Shown piece by piece: positions 10,382 through 19,549 of a stretch of DNA of 64,000 nucleotides. The notes beneath the pieces were generated by a model. That model saw only the letters and a program-made list of their open reading frames with translations, searched no databases and was not told the DNA's origin. The first letter of the stretch is position 1. Each line of letters begins with the position of its first letter. The position numbers and the translations under genes are program-made. The stretch lies in NCBI GenBank assembly GCA_963765495.1, contig CAVXWP010000016.1, positions 64,001-128,000 on the forward strand, in the 5' to 3' direction. This DNA is from Blastocatellia bacterium (GTDB lineage Bacteria; Acidobacteriota; Blastocatellia; UBA7656).

Positions 10382-11110
10382 TCAATGATGGACCTGCTCG
10401 ATTCCGAGAACCGGATGGACCTCGTACCACTGATGGTTTTCCTGACCGTCGTAGCGGCTCACGCCGTAAACTCTCACGCGAGAGCCGACGGCAGGCGGCT
10501 CAATGCGAATCGGGCTTATGATCTCGCAAACGACGAAAGGGCCTGTCTCTTCCAGGTTTTCGACCAGCTTGAATGTAAGATCGCCGTCATCGCGGTCGAA
10601 TCTGACTTCGCTGACATAACCTTCGGCGACCACGTGAGGTTGAGTGTTGCGCTCCATATCGGCGATGTTGACGGCGTGGAACTCGTCCAGATCAACTATG
10701 CCTGTAACATTTACCGCTTCCGTCCTCTCGCCCTCGAGAATATGGCGGCTCGTTACGAAAAGCGCCCCCAAAAGCAGAAGCACCATCACAAGCAAACCGG
10801 CCACGAATTCGGGTTTGACAAACAATCCGCGCCAGCGAACACGCGCAGGCTCAACCGGGGCGGAGCCGCCAACAACGTGCGACGGGCCTGTTTCTATAGC
10901 GGCCTCGATTGCATCCCAGGGATCGCGCTCAAGCTCGATGCGCGGCATCCCTCGCGCAAAGCGATGCCCATCACGCAGTCGCGCAAGTCGGCTGCGGCAC
11001 CACTGGCAATCGAGCAGATGTGCCTCCATGCGATTGATGGTGCCGGGATCAACCTCATGATCCAGATAACGTGAGAAATTGCGTTGTATATCAACACGCC
11101 AGCATCTCAT
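10382..11110 (-). CDS. Zinc-binding (zf-HC2) membrane anti-sigma factor with C-terminal OB-fold-like domain
   Basis: MRC...YLDHE...HLLDCQWC (HxxxCxxC), one TM helix, C-domain with DGDLTF...RVRVYG...WYEVHPV; RBS AAGGAG before ATG 11110; follows an ECF sigma gene. Confidence 0.82.
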   Translation of the reverse strand: MRCWRVDIQRNFSRYLDHEVDPGTINRMEAHLLDCQWCRSRLARLRDGHRFARGMPRIELERDPWDAIEAAIETGPSHVVGGSAPVEPARVRWRGLFVKPEFVAGLLVMVLLLLGALFVTSRHILEGERTEAVNVTGIVDLDEFHAVNIADMERNTQPHVVAEGYVSEVRFDRDDGDLTFKLVENLEETGPFVVCEIISPIRIEPPAVGSRVRVYGVSRYDGQENHQWYEVHPVLGIEQVHH

Positions 11111-11132
11111 CGGTGCTACTCCTTCGCGCGCT

Positions 11133-11714
11133 TCACAATATGCGTTTGAGAGGCCGAAGCCGCGCTTCCAGTCTGGCAAGCGCTCGATTCAACCTCGAAG
11201 CCACTGTGCCCGGCGCGCAATCTAAGACAGTGGCTATTTCCTCGTAAGAGAGTTCCTCTAAATACTTGAGCGCGACAACAGCGCGCATCTTTGGCGGCAA
11301 CTCCATAATGGCCTGCCGCACGATTTCCTGACGCTGATTGAGCGCGTGGCGTTCGTCTGGTCTGAGCGCCTCATCGAATTCATCGCCGCTTCCTAAAATC
11401 GCCTCAAGCGGCACATATTGACCGCCTCGCCGCCGCTTCTGGTCCAGGCATTCGTTGAGCGTGATGCGATATATCCACGTCGCAAGACTCGATTCGAATC
11501 GAAAACCCGGAAGCGCCCGATATACCTTTATGAAGATCACCTGTATCACATCTTCGGCAGCAAGCTGATCGCCAAGCGAGTAAAACACCAGATTATAGAC
11601 CCGATCCCGGAAGCGCTCGTACAGCCCCTTAAACGCAGCGCGATCCCCCCCCTGCGCCCGCAGCACAAGCTCTCGCTCTGTAGGATTTGAAGTCGTTTCT
11701 TTGGAATCTGGCAT
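11133..11714 (-). CDS. ECF RNA polymerase sigma-70 factor
   Basis: GDRAAF..LYERF, AEDVIQ, SSLATWIYRI (region 2); LSYEEIA...GTVASRLNRA (region 4). Start ATG 11714; the upstream extension is repeat-derived. Confidence 0.92.
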   Translation of the reverse strand: MPDSKETTSNPTERELVLRAQGGDRAAFKGLYERFRDRVYNLVFYSLGDQLAAEDVIQVIFIKVYRALPGFRFESSLATWIYRITLNECLDQKRRRGGQYVPLEAILGSGDEFDEALRPDERHALNQRQEIVRQAIMELPPKMRAVVALKYLEELSYEEIATVLDCAPGTVASRLNRALARLEARLRPLKRIL

Positions 11715-11787
11715 TTTAATCAAGATATACGCTTCATTATATATTAGACGCATGCTGAAAAGTTTTCTTCCAAAAGAAGGGGAGAAA

Positions 11788-11938
11788 AGTAGGCAGTAGG
11801 CAGTAAGCAGTAGGCAGTAGGCAGTTGATACTGAACCGACGACTACTGCTAAAGAGAGCACGGGGTGTGCATATGAATAGATGGTACCCAACTCCGTTAC
11901 TGCCTACTGCTACTGCCTACTGCTTACTGCTTACTGCC
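11788..11938. mobile_element. ~150-bp element: inverted GCAGTAG/CTACTGC heptamer arms around a conserved ~70-bp core, copy 1
   Basis: (aggcagt/aagcagt)n - core - (actgcct/actgctt)n; the core is the reverse complement of 35607..35678. Confidence 0.85.
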
Positions 11939-14101
11939 CAGGTGTCTGTCAAAGAAATCCGTCGCCGCGCGGTAGGCTTCAACCCAGGTTTGATGGCGCA
12001 GGAAATCGTGGATTTCGTCGGGAAAGATCAATTGTTCGAATTCGACATCGCGTTTGCGAAGCTCTCTTATAAGGTCCACAGTCTGAGAGAACGCAACATT
12101 GCGATCATCGTCTCCGTGGATGAACAGCACAGGCGATTTCCATCTCTCTGCTGCGGAAATCGGGGAAGAATCGCGTGCCAGTTTTATTAGCTCTCTCGTA
12201 GCCCACGGGGCGCGGCTTACGCGAGCCGACCAGTCGTGGACACCGTGTATGTCTACTCCTGCCGCGAAAAGATCGGAATCTCTCGCAAGCCCCATAGCGG
12301 TCAAAAACCCTCCATAAGAGCCGCCCCATAAACCTATCCGCGCAGCGTCAATATCACTGCGGTTGCGCAGGTACTTACCCGCCGCCACTACATCCTGATA
12401 CTCGGAGGCCCCGCGCGGGCCGCGATGTTTTGCTTCGCGAAACCTGCGGCCGTAGCCTATGCCGCAACGGTAATTGACCGACAGCACCATATAACCCCGG
12501 CTCGCCAGATATTGATTCAGCGCGTAGGCGTTGTGGTAGTAAAACAGATAATGCCAGCCAAGCAACATCTGGCGCTGCGGGCCTCCGTGCATAAAAACTA
12601 TCGCGGGCAATTTGCCCGATGCGCCTCCGGGTTTGAACAACTGGCCGTGAACCTCTACCCCATCAGCCGCTTTGAATATCACCTGCTCAGGCTCTACAAG
12701 CTGGCTCGAAGGAAACCCGACCCCTTTAGCCTGTACCGCTTTAGCCTCTACCGCAAGCGGTCTCATATTCGATCCGTCAATTGATGCTATGAAGGGCTGT
12801 AGAGGGTCACGGGCCGTCGAGCGCAGGAAAGCCATCTGTCTGCCGCCGTCTATAAGAACGGGATACATCTCTATGCCGTTGCCGCGCGTGAGGGCTTCGG
12901 GCGATGTGCCGGTCAGGCTGATGCGCCAGAGGTGGCGGCGGTCTATGTCTCGGGCGTTGGCGCTGACGATCAGGAAAGAGCGGTCAGGAGACCACGCGAC
13001 GTTTTCAACTTCGTAATCGCCCGGCGTGAGAGAGATCGCTTCGCCGCCTTCGGCAGAAATGGAATACAGATGCGCCCACCCGTCGCTTTCCGAGCCGAAT
13101 ACGAGCCGATCATTTGACGCCCATTCGAGGACGTTGCGATCAAACACGCCCGAATAAGAATCTGTCTCTTCGCTGCCGGATCTCCATATCTCTTTTTCGC
13201 TCCCGCTACGCGCGTCTACGACCCGGATGGACCACGGTCGCAGCCGTTCCGCGTCTGCGGTGATCGTTTCATCTACGTTGAACAACTTGATGAAGGCAAT
13301 TCGCTTCCCGTCGGGAGACCATCGCGGTTCTATGTCCCGGTCCACACTCGGCCGAAGAAATTTGAGCCGGGAATATTGAGGTTCATAGACGGCGATAAAG
13401 CTGTGATCCCCGCGCACGGAGACGAATGCAAGACTGCTTTTGTCGGGTGACCATACGGGTGATTCGACCTGTCCGCGAATCTCAAACATTTTCTTTGCGC
13501 GGCCTCCGAGCAGGGGCGTTTCCCAGAGGTGGCCTTCACGGCTAAAGATGACACGGTCGCTTGAAGGCGAAAACATCGGGGCCAGCCCTTCGCCTATCTT
13601 GACGGGGCGGGCAGTCCTCGTGCTGACCGCCCAGACTTCCTGTCTCTGACCAAGCGGGTCGCTCGTGGGATTGGGGTATTCTCCGTCGCCGTTTGGCTCA
13701 CCGCCCCGCACGTAAGCTATCCAGTTCCCGTCGGGCGAAAATACGGGCGCGGTGATCTCCTGCCCGTCGTCTTTGTTGTAGCGGGTCAGTTGCCGCCCCC
13801 TGAACCCGGGGGCTTCGGCTATCCAGATGTTGCGACGGCCTTCCGCATAAATTATCCACGCGATCTTATCACCTCGCGGCGAAGCGATAAGATCGGTTGG
13901 GAAAGAGGCGCTCATAACCTGCTCAAGCGTGAAATCATTTGCGCGGGTATCTGCGCGAGTATTTGCACGAGTATTTGCACGAGTATTTGCACGAGTATTT
14001 GCACGAGTATTTGCACGAGTATTTGCGCTCGTGTAAAAAGGCGCTATCAGAAGAAGTGATAAGCAAAGGAGGGCAGAGATAAAGGGGCGATACATGGTCA
14101 T
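11924..14101 (-). CDS. Secreted S9 family (prolyl oligopeptidase/DPP-IV-like) peptidase with PD40 propeller
   Basis: Signal peptide after ATG 14101 (RBS AGGAG), WSPDG repeats, HGGP, GWGGSYGG-type nucleophile (GLWGGSYGG), HGDDDRNV, EIHDF. Confidence 0.93.
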   Translation of the reverse strand: MTMYRPFISALLCLSLLLIAPFYTSANTRANTRANTRANTRANTRANTRADTRANDFTLEQVMSASFPTDLIASPRGDKIAWIIYAEGRRNIWIAEAPGFRGRQLTRYNKDDGQEITAPVFSPDGNWIAYVRGGEPNGDGEYPNPTSDPLGQRQEVWAVSTRTARPVKIGEGLAPMFSPSSDRVIFSREGHLWETPLLGGRAKKMFEIRGQVESPVWSPDKSSLAFVSVRGDHSFIAVYEPQYSRLKFLRPSVDRDIEPRWSPDGKRIAFIKLFNVDETITADAERLRPWSIRVVDARSGSEKEIWRSGSEETDSYSGVFDRNVLEWASNDRLVFGSESDGWAHLYSISAEGGEAISLTPGDYEVENVAWSPDRSFLIVSANARDIDRRHLWRISLTGTSPEALTRGNGIEMYPVLIDGGRQMAFLRSTARDPLQPFIASIDGSNMRPLAVEAKAVQAKGVGFPSSQLVEPEQVIFKAADGVEVHGQLFKPGGASGKLPAIVFMHGGPQRQMLLGWHYLFYYHNAYALNQYLASRGYMVLSVNYRCGIGYGRRFREAKHRGPRGASEYQDVVAAGKYLRNRSDIDAARIGLWGGSYGGFLTAMGLARDSDLFAAGVDIHGVHDWSARVSRAPWATRELIKLARDSSPISAAERWKSPVLFIHGDDDRNVAFSQTVDLIRELRKRDVEFEQLIFPDEIHDFLRHQTWVEAYRAATDFFDRHLGSKQ
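13936..14026. repeat. In-frame 12-bp tandem repeat (~6 copies plus degenerate ones) encoding (ANTR)n after the signal peptide
   Basis: cgagtatttgca repeated. Confidence 0.95.
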
Positions 14102-14142
14102 GATTTCTCCTGATCGAGATGAGGATATTGTCTGGCCCGGGA

Positions 14143-15300
14143 CTAGCTCTGGGTCGAGAATTTCTTGAGCAATCCGCGCGCGATCACCAGACGTTGAAGC
14201 TCGTTTGTGCCGCCGCCGATGATAAGCAAAGGCGCGTCGCGGTAGTATCTTTCTACGGGAAAGTCTTTTGCGTAACCGTTGCCGCCCAGTATTCGCATCG
14301 CTTCGAGCGAACACTGCTGAGCCGTTTCCGTGGCAAAGAGTTTCGCCATACCGGCTTCGATGTCGCAACGCTCGCCCCTGTCTTTCTTTTCCGCCGCCGA
14401 ATAGATCAGCAACCGCGAGGCTTCTATGCTTGTAGCCATGTCAGCCAGTTTTAATTGAATCGCCTGATGCTCACAGATGGGTTTGCCAAAGGTTTTGCGC
14501 TGCTGTGAATATTTGATTGCTTCTTCGAATGCCGCCCGCGCCACTCCAAGCCCTCGCGCCGCCACGTTTATGCGCTCGGATTCAAGCCCGGTCATCACCT
14601 GCTTGAACCCTTCACCGCTGCGTCCGCCCAAAAGATTTTCCGCAGGCACACGGAAGTCTTCAAACAATAGCTCGCATGTTTCGACGCTCTTGTACCCGAG
14701 CTTATCAATATCGCGGCTTACAATAAGCCCCGGCTCCCCCTTTTCGATGATGAACGCGCTCATCCCCCGGTGCGCGGGCTGCGCGTCTTTATCGGTCTTT
14801 GCAAGCAGAAGAAAGGTATCCGCGTAGCGACCGTTTGTGACCCACATCTTCGAGCCGTTTATACGGTAGTGATCGCCGTCTCTTGCGGCTGTGGTTCGAA
14901 TCGCCTGGAGGTCTGTGCCCGCGTCAGGCTCAGACAAACAGATGCCGCCTCGCCTCGCGCCGCGCGCCAGATCAGGCAGGAATCTTTGCTTCTGCTCTTC
15001 GGTTCCAAATCTTACGATCACATCGCACAGAACCGAATGCGTGCCTACGACACCGGCGAGCCCCATCCACACTCGCGCGATCTCTTCAAAGACCATCGCA
15101 TAGATCGTATAGCTCAGATCCTGTCCGCCGTAGAGTTCGGGCACGTTTGCGCCAAACAGTCCGATCTCTTTCATCCTTTCGACGAGCGCGGTTGGATACC
15201 GATTTTTATGCTCTAATTCCGATGCGACGGGGGCGACTTCTCTTTCGAGAAACTGCCTGACGGTTTGAAGGATGAGTTGCTCTTCTTCGCTAAGTTTCAT
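14143..15300 (-). CDS. Acyl-CoA dehydrogenase
   Basis: LSEPDAGTD, NGSKMWVTNG, RKTFGKPI, GGNGY..FPVERYYRDA, GGTNELQR. Confidence 0.95.
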   Translation of the reverse strand: MKLSEEEQLILQTVRQFLEREVAPVASELEHKNRYPTALVERMKEIGLFGANVPELYGGQDLSYTIYAMVFEEIARVWMGLAGVVGTHSVLCDVIVRFGTEEQKQRFLPDLARGARRGGICLSEPDAGTDLQAIRTTAARDGDHYRINGSKMWVTNGRYADTFLLLAKTDKDAQPAHRGMSAFIIEKGEPGLIVSRDIDKLGYKSVETCELLFEDFRVPAENLLGGRSGEGFKQVMTGLESERINVAARGLGVARAAFEEAIKYSQQRKTFGKPICEHQAIQLKLADMATSIEASRLLIYSAAEKKDRGERCDIEAGMAKLFATETAQQCSLEAMRILGGNGYAKDFPVERYYRDAPLLIIGGGTNELQRLVIARGLLKKFSTQS

Positions 15301-15321
15301 ACGAATCTCAGATTTGAGATT

Positions 15322-16476
15322 TTAGCCGTGGCCCAGTGCTATGATCGAGCAGGTAAAGGATCCGGGGTTGCCGCCCAGATTGTGCGCAAGCCCCAGGCTC
15401 ATATCTTTTATCTGCCGCTCGCCTGCCCGGTCGAGCAACTGGTTATAAATTTCGTAAAGCATGCGAAGCCCGCTTGCCCCGATAGGGTGGCCAAATGATT
15501 TCAAGCCTCCGTCGGTGTTGACCGGCAAATCGCCCCCGAGGGTAAACGCGCCCGAATCGATATCTGCTTTCGCTTTGCCCGGCTCACAAAAGCCAAGGTC
15601 TTCATAGATGATGAGTTCGGTTATCGAGAAGCAATCGTGGACTTCGGCCATGCTGATTTCGCGGCGCGGGTCACGGATGCCGAGTTGATCATAGACCTGA
15701 CGGGCCGCCGCTTTTGTTTCGGGAAAGCTCGTGAAATCGAAGTCCGGGTCCATGCGCCCGGTTCCCGGACCCACCGCTAACCCCATCGCCTTGATCGTGA
15801 CATAATCTTTATTGAATCGAGGAGCAAGCTCGGTTCGAGTGATGATGGCCGCCGCTGCCCCGTCCGTGGTCGGACAGCAATCAAGCAAACCGAGCGGCGA
15901 GGCTATCATCGGAGCCTTTATCGCCTGCTCAAGTGAAATCTCCTTTTGAAAGTGGGCCTTCCGGTTTCGCGCGCCGTTGTAGTGGTTCTTCACCGATATT
16001 TTCGCAAGCTCTTCTTTACCTATGCCGTATCTGTGAAAATAGCGATTGGCGGCGAGCGCGAAGGCTCCGGGCGCGGTGTTGCCCGCGCCGATTACGGTCG
16101 AAGCAGCGCCGGGCAATCCCGAATACCCCGTGTCTTTGAGCTTTTCAAACCCCGCGACAAGCACCACGTCATAAGCGCCCGAAGCCACGGCAAAAGCGGC
16201 GTTTCGCAAAGCGTCCTGACCCGTGGCGCACATATTTTCCACGCGGGTCACGGGGATATATTGAAGCTTTAGCGGACGCGAGAGCGCCTGCCCGCTCATC
16301 CCCGATGTCAGAGTCCCTACCCACGCGGCTTCTATCTGAGCAGGCTCTACACCTGCATCCTCAAAGGCTTCAAAGCAGGCTTCGACTATCAGGTCTTCGG
16401 CGCTTTTGGTCCAGTGCTCGCCAAATTTCGTGCAGCCCATGCCGATGATCGCCACCCGGTCGCTGAGATTCTTCAT
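15322..16476 (-). CDS. SCP2-type/archaeal-type thiolase (acetyl-CoA acyltransferase family)
   Basis: VENMCATG catalytic Cys, EVHDCF, GHPIGASG, HNLGG motifs. Confidence 0.9.
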   Translation of the reverse strand: MKNLSDRVAIIGMGCTKFGEHWTKSAEDLIVEACFEAFEDAGVEPAQIEAAWVGTLTSGMSGQALSRPLKLQYIPVTRVENMCATGQDALRNAAFAVASGAYDVVLVAGFEKLKDTGYSGLPGAASTVIGAGNTAPGAFALAANRYFHRYGIGKEELAKISVKNHYNGARNRKAHFQKEISLEQAIKAPMIASPLGLLDCCPTTDGAAAAIITRTELAPRFNKDYVTIKAMGLAVGPGTGRMDPDFDFTSFPETKAAARQVYDQLGIRDPRREISMAEVHDCFSITELIIYEDLGFCEPGKAKADIDSGAFTLGGDLPVNTDGGLKSFGHPIGASGLRMLYEIYNQLLDRAGERQIKDMSLGLAHNLGGNPGSFTCSIIALGHG

Positions 16477-16517
16477 AATGAGTTCTCCTGTAATATTTCA
16501 ATGGTGAGGCGGGCGAG

Positions 16518-16694
16518 CTAACTGTTCGCGCCGAGCTTTTGCATAAGGCTTTCAATCAATTCTTCATCGTGTTTGAGCTTTTTCTTCATCTCGTGGCCTT
16601 CCGTCTTGTATATCTCTTCCCTCAGTGTGAAGTAATACTCTTCGACTATCTGCACAAGAAGTTCTCGCTCTTCATCCGTGACATTGATTTCCAT
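16518..16694 (-). CDS. Small 58-aa hypothetical protein (missed by the ORF track)
   Basis: RBS AAGGAG; MEINVTDEERELLVQIVEEYYFTLREEIYKTEGHEMKKKLKHDEELIESLMQKLGANS*; amphipathic helical pattern. Confidence 0.75.
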   Translation of the reverse strand: MEINVTDEERELLVQIVEEYYFTLREEIYKTEGHEMKKKLKHDEELIESLMQKLGANS

Positions 16695-16808
16695 CAATCA
16701 ATCTCCTTGCATTAAGCGCAATTATTGCTTTATGAAAATAGACCCATAGTTCCTGTCGCCCTCCCGGGCCGGACAATCCGGCGCGCAAAGGCGACCCCTT
16801 GAGGAGGC

Positions 16809-17396
16809 TTATCGGCTGGCAACAAGGTTTGAATAGACTACCCACTTGCCGTCAACGAAGCCGCCCACAAGCGTGTAAGTATCTACGCCTGAATCGGTCT
16901 TCACCCGCCAGTTGCGAAAGAGCTTGTCGGGAGGTTTGCTGTCGAGTTCCAGCTTGCTTTCGGGCAGACCGTAAACCATCTTCGCAAAGTTTGCGGCATC
17001 GGTTCCGCTGACCTCGCTTCGCAAAACGCTCGGCAGCAGCGTACTCAGTCTCGACTGAGCTTCGGTGCGGGCCGCGGCCTGTTTCTGTTCCTGAGCGGTT
17101 TTGGCGGCCAGTTGTTGCCTGCATTGATCGAGGTCCGACTTGAGAGAGCCGTTTTCTTCGGCCAGTTGTTTCTTGTCGGTCTCGCTTGAGGCATACAACG
17201 CGTAGCTGGTTGACAGCAAAATGATGGCTCCGGCCATAGCCGCGCCGGTCACCATGAGCAGAAGCACCAGAAACCGCCGCTTTGCAGCCTGGTCCTGCAT
17301 GATCTGCTCTCTGATCATATCTACATCGCCCTGCGTGTAGCTGACGCTCCATCCGCCGGCGCTGTGTGAGGATTTGTCCGTCGGTGCCATAGTCAT
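16809..17396 (-). CDS. Hypothetical single-TM coiled-coil protein
   Basis: TM segment FLVLLLMVTGAAMAGAIILL, coiled coil, RBS GAGGA. Confidence 0.75.
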   Translation of the reverse strand: MTMAPTDKSSHSAGGWSVSYTQGDVDMIREQIMQDQAAKRRFLVLLLMVTGAAMAGAIILLSTSYALYASSETDKKQLAEENGSLKSDLDQCRQQLAAKTAQEQKQAAARTEAQSRLSTLLPSVLRSEVSGTDAANFAKMVYGLPESKLELDSKPPDKLFRNWRVKTDSGVDTYTLVGGFVDGKWVVYSNLVASR

Positions 17397-17523
17397 TCCT
17401 CTGTAAGGTTGACGTTGACCTGATTCTTATGGTGCAAAGATACGCCCGCGCCTTCATATTACACCAATGACGGGGCTGTTGTGTAAAGGCGACGGAGGTG
17501 TTTCCAGGAACCGGAAGATGGCT

Positions 17524-17757
17524 TCACTTAAACTGGCCGAATCGCTTGAGGAGCTGGTATACATCGAGCGCGGTCCCGAAGAGACCGACAAACAGTCCTA
17601 CGAGAAACCACACGGGCCACGTGCCATAGTTTTTATCAATGTAGTAGCCGATGACCGCAGGGACCCCGATCATCCACGGAATCGCCAGCGCAAGACCAAT
17701 ACTGCTTACGGCCTGCCGCCAGCTTATCCCGTCGCCGTTGTCATCATCCGACGCCAT
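17524..17757 (-). CDS. AtpZ/AtpI family small membrane protein
   Basis: Two TMs with IGYYID...TWPVWFLVGLFVG pattern; 3 nt after the nuoN stop. Confidence 0.8.
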   Translation of the reverse strand: MASDDDNGDGISWRQAVSSIGLALAIPWMIGVPAVIGYYIDKNYGTWPVWFLVGLFVGLFGTALDVYQLLKRFGQFK

Positions 17758-17760
17758 AGC

Positions 17761-19452
17761 TCATCGTCCCCGAGGCGGCGGTGCAGGACCCATGCCCGGG
17801 CTCGGCCCCACAGGCGCTACAGGAGGTTGTGCCTCGGGCTGATTATAGGTGTAAGTCTTCAACCCTTGAGAGGTCGCAGCCTTCTGGGTCAACGCGATGA
17901 GCGGCTGCGGATATATGCCTATCAGCATGACGAGCAGCACGACCACGGCGAGCGCCGTCTGTAGAGACGGCGAAACCCTTACGGGCTGCGGTTCGCTCTC
18001 GGCCTCTATGTACATCGCTTTGATAAAGCGAATGTAATAATAGAGCGACACGGCGCTCATAAGCACGGCAAGCACGGCAAGCCTCGCAAGCCAGGGATTG
18101 CCCGTCTCGATCAATCCCATAAAGAGCCACAACTTGCCTATGAATCCGGCCGTCGGCGGTATGCCGCCAAGCGACAACAAAAAGATAGTCATCATCACCG
18201 TGAGCCACGGCGCTTTTCGCATCAACCCGTTGAAGTCTTCCAGCCGGTCGCCCGCTATTCCTCGCCTTCTGAGCGCGATTATGCAGCCGAACACGCCCAG
18301 GTTCATTATCGTGTAAATGAACAGGTAGATCACAAACCCGGTGTATCCCGTCTGGTTGCCCGCTACGAGTCCGAGCAACGTGTATCCGGCGTGCGAGATA
18401 GACGAGTAAGCCAGCAATCGCTTTGTGTTGGTTTGAGTGAGCGCGCCCAGATTTCCCCACACCATCGTGATCGCGGCGATAACTCCGAACAACACGGCCC
18501 AGCCCGGCAACCCCGGTATGTTGTTTGTAGGATCGCCCGCAATCGTGCCGCGCAAATCCGGCAGGCCGACAAGAAACATGCGCCCGAACATGGCAAAACT
18601 CGCGGCTTTGACCCCCACTGACATGAAGGCGGTTACCGGTGTGGGCGCTCCTTCATAGGCGTCGGGTGCCCACATATGAAAAGGCACGGCCGCGACTTTG
18701 AAAAACATACCCGTCGCCATCAGGATCATTGACATCAGCAGCATGTAGCGCATGTCAACTATCGTCTGAGTGTTTGAGCCGGAGTTCTGAATGACATCCA
18801 CCTTCGCAATAAGCGGGAGCGAGGCGGCGATCTGTTGCAGATTCGTGCTCCCCGTCAGCCCGTAAATAAGCGAGATGCCGTAAAGCAGCACGCCCGATGA
18901 AAAGGCTCCCAGCAGAAAGTATTTCATCGAGGCTTCGTTTGATCTTTGATCGCGCTTCAAATAACCGACCAGGATATAAACCGATATGGCCATCAATTCG
19001 AGCGAGATAAAGAGCGTCAGCAAATCTATCCCGGAAGCCATAAACATCATGCCGATTACGGAAAACAGAATCAGCGCGTAGTATTCGCCTCGCTGCTCGC
19101 CTTCTACGTCGAGATACTTTATCGACAGCAGTATCGAAAGCGCCGCCCCGATCAGAAAAATCAGCTTGAAGACAACCGCATAGTTGTCGAGGATTATCAT
19201 TTCAAAGAAGCCCGTCTGCGCGCCCTCCGTGCTTACGGTCCTGAAGTAGAGAAAGCCAAGCGAAAGGAGCGAGAATCCCACCCCGGCAAGGCTCGCCCAG
19301 GCCACGAAACGCTTTCGGTCTCGCGGAAGTAAAACGTCGAGCACGAGCGCCGCGCAGGCAAAAACAGTCAGAATGACTTCCGGCATTATCAGCGCGGATG
19401 CCTGATGGGCGATCTCTTTGAAATCAACTGCTGCTTGAAGTAGTGCTAGCAT
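17761..19452 (-). CDS. nuoN: NADH-quinone oxidoreductase subunit N
   Basis: GEYY, EASMKYFLLG, FKVAAVPFHMWAPDAYEGAPTP, KRLLAYSSISHAGY, GIPPTAGF. Start moved to 19452. Confidence 0.95.
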   Translation of the reverse strand: MLALLQAAVDFKEIAHQASALIMPEVILTVFACAALVLDVLLPRDRKRFVAWASLAGVGFSLLSLGFLYFRTVSTEGAQTGFFEMIILDNYAVVFKLIFLIGAALSILLSIKYLDVEGEQRGEYYALILFSVIGMMFMASGIDLLTLFISLELMAISVYILVGYLKRDQRSNEASMKYFLLGAFSSGVLLYGISLIYGLTGSTNLQQIAASLPLIAKVDVIQNSGSNTQTIVDMRYMLLMSMILMATGMFFKVAAVPFHMWAPDAYEGAPTPVTAFMSVGVKAASFAMFGRMFLVGLPDLRGTIAGDPTNNIPGLPGWAVLFGVIAAITMVWGNLGALTQTNTKRLLAYSSISHAGYTLLGLVAGNQTGYTGFVIYLFIYTIMNLGVFGCIIALRRRGIAGDRLEDFNGLMRKAPWLTVMMTIFLLSLGGIPPTAGFIGKLWLFMGLIETGNPWLARLAVLAVLMSAVSLYYYIRFIKAMYIEAESEPQPVRVSPSLQTALAVVVLLVMLIGIYPQPLIALTQKAATSQGLKTYTYNQPEAQPPVAPVGPSPGMGPAPPPRGR

Positions 19453-19466
19453 ATCTAATCTCTTTA

Positions 19467-19546
19467 AGTTTTGAGGCGTGAATTTTGAGTTTTGAATTTT
19501 CGCCTGCTGATCCCAACTCAAAACTCAAAACTTAAAACTCAAAACT
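19467..19546. repeat. Inverted TTTTGAG/CTCAAAA heptamer arrays (nuoM-nuoN spacer)
   Basis: agttttgag...ttttgagttttgaa / aactcaaaactcaaaacttaaaactcaaaact. Confidence 0.9.
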
Positions 19547-19549
19547 ATC

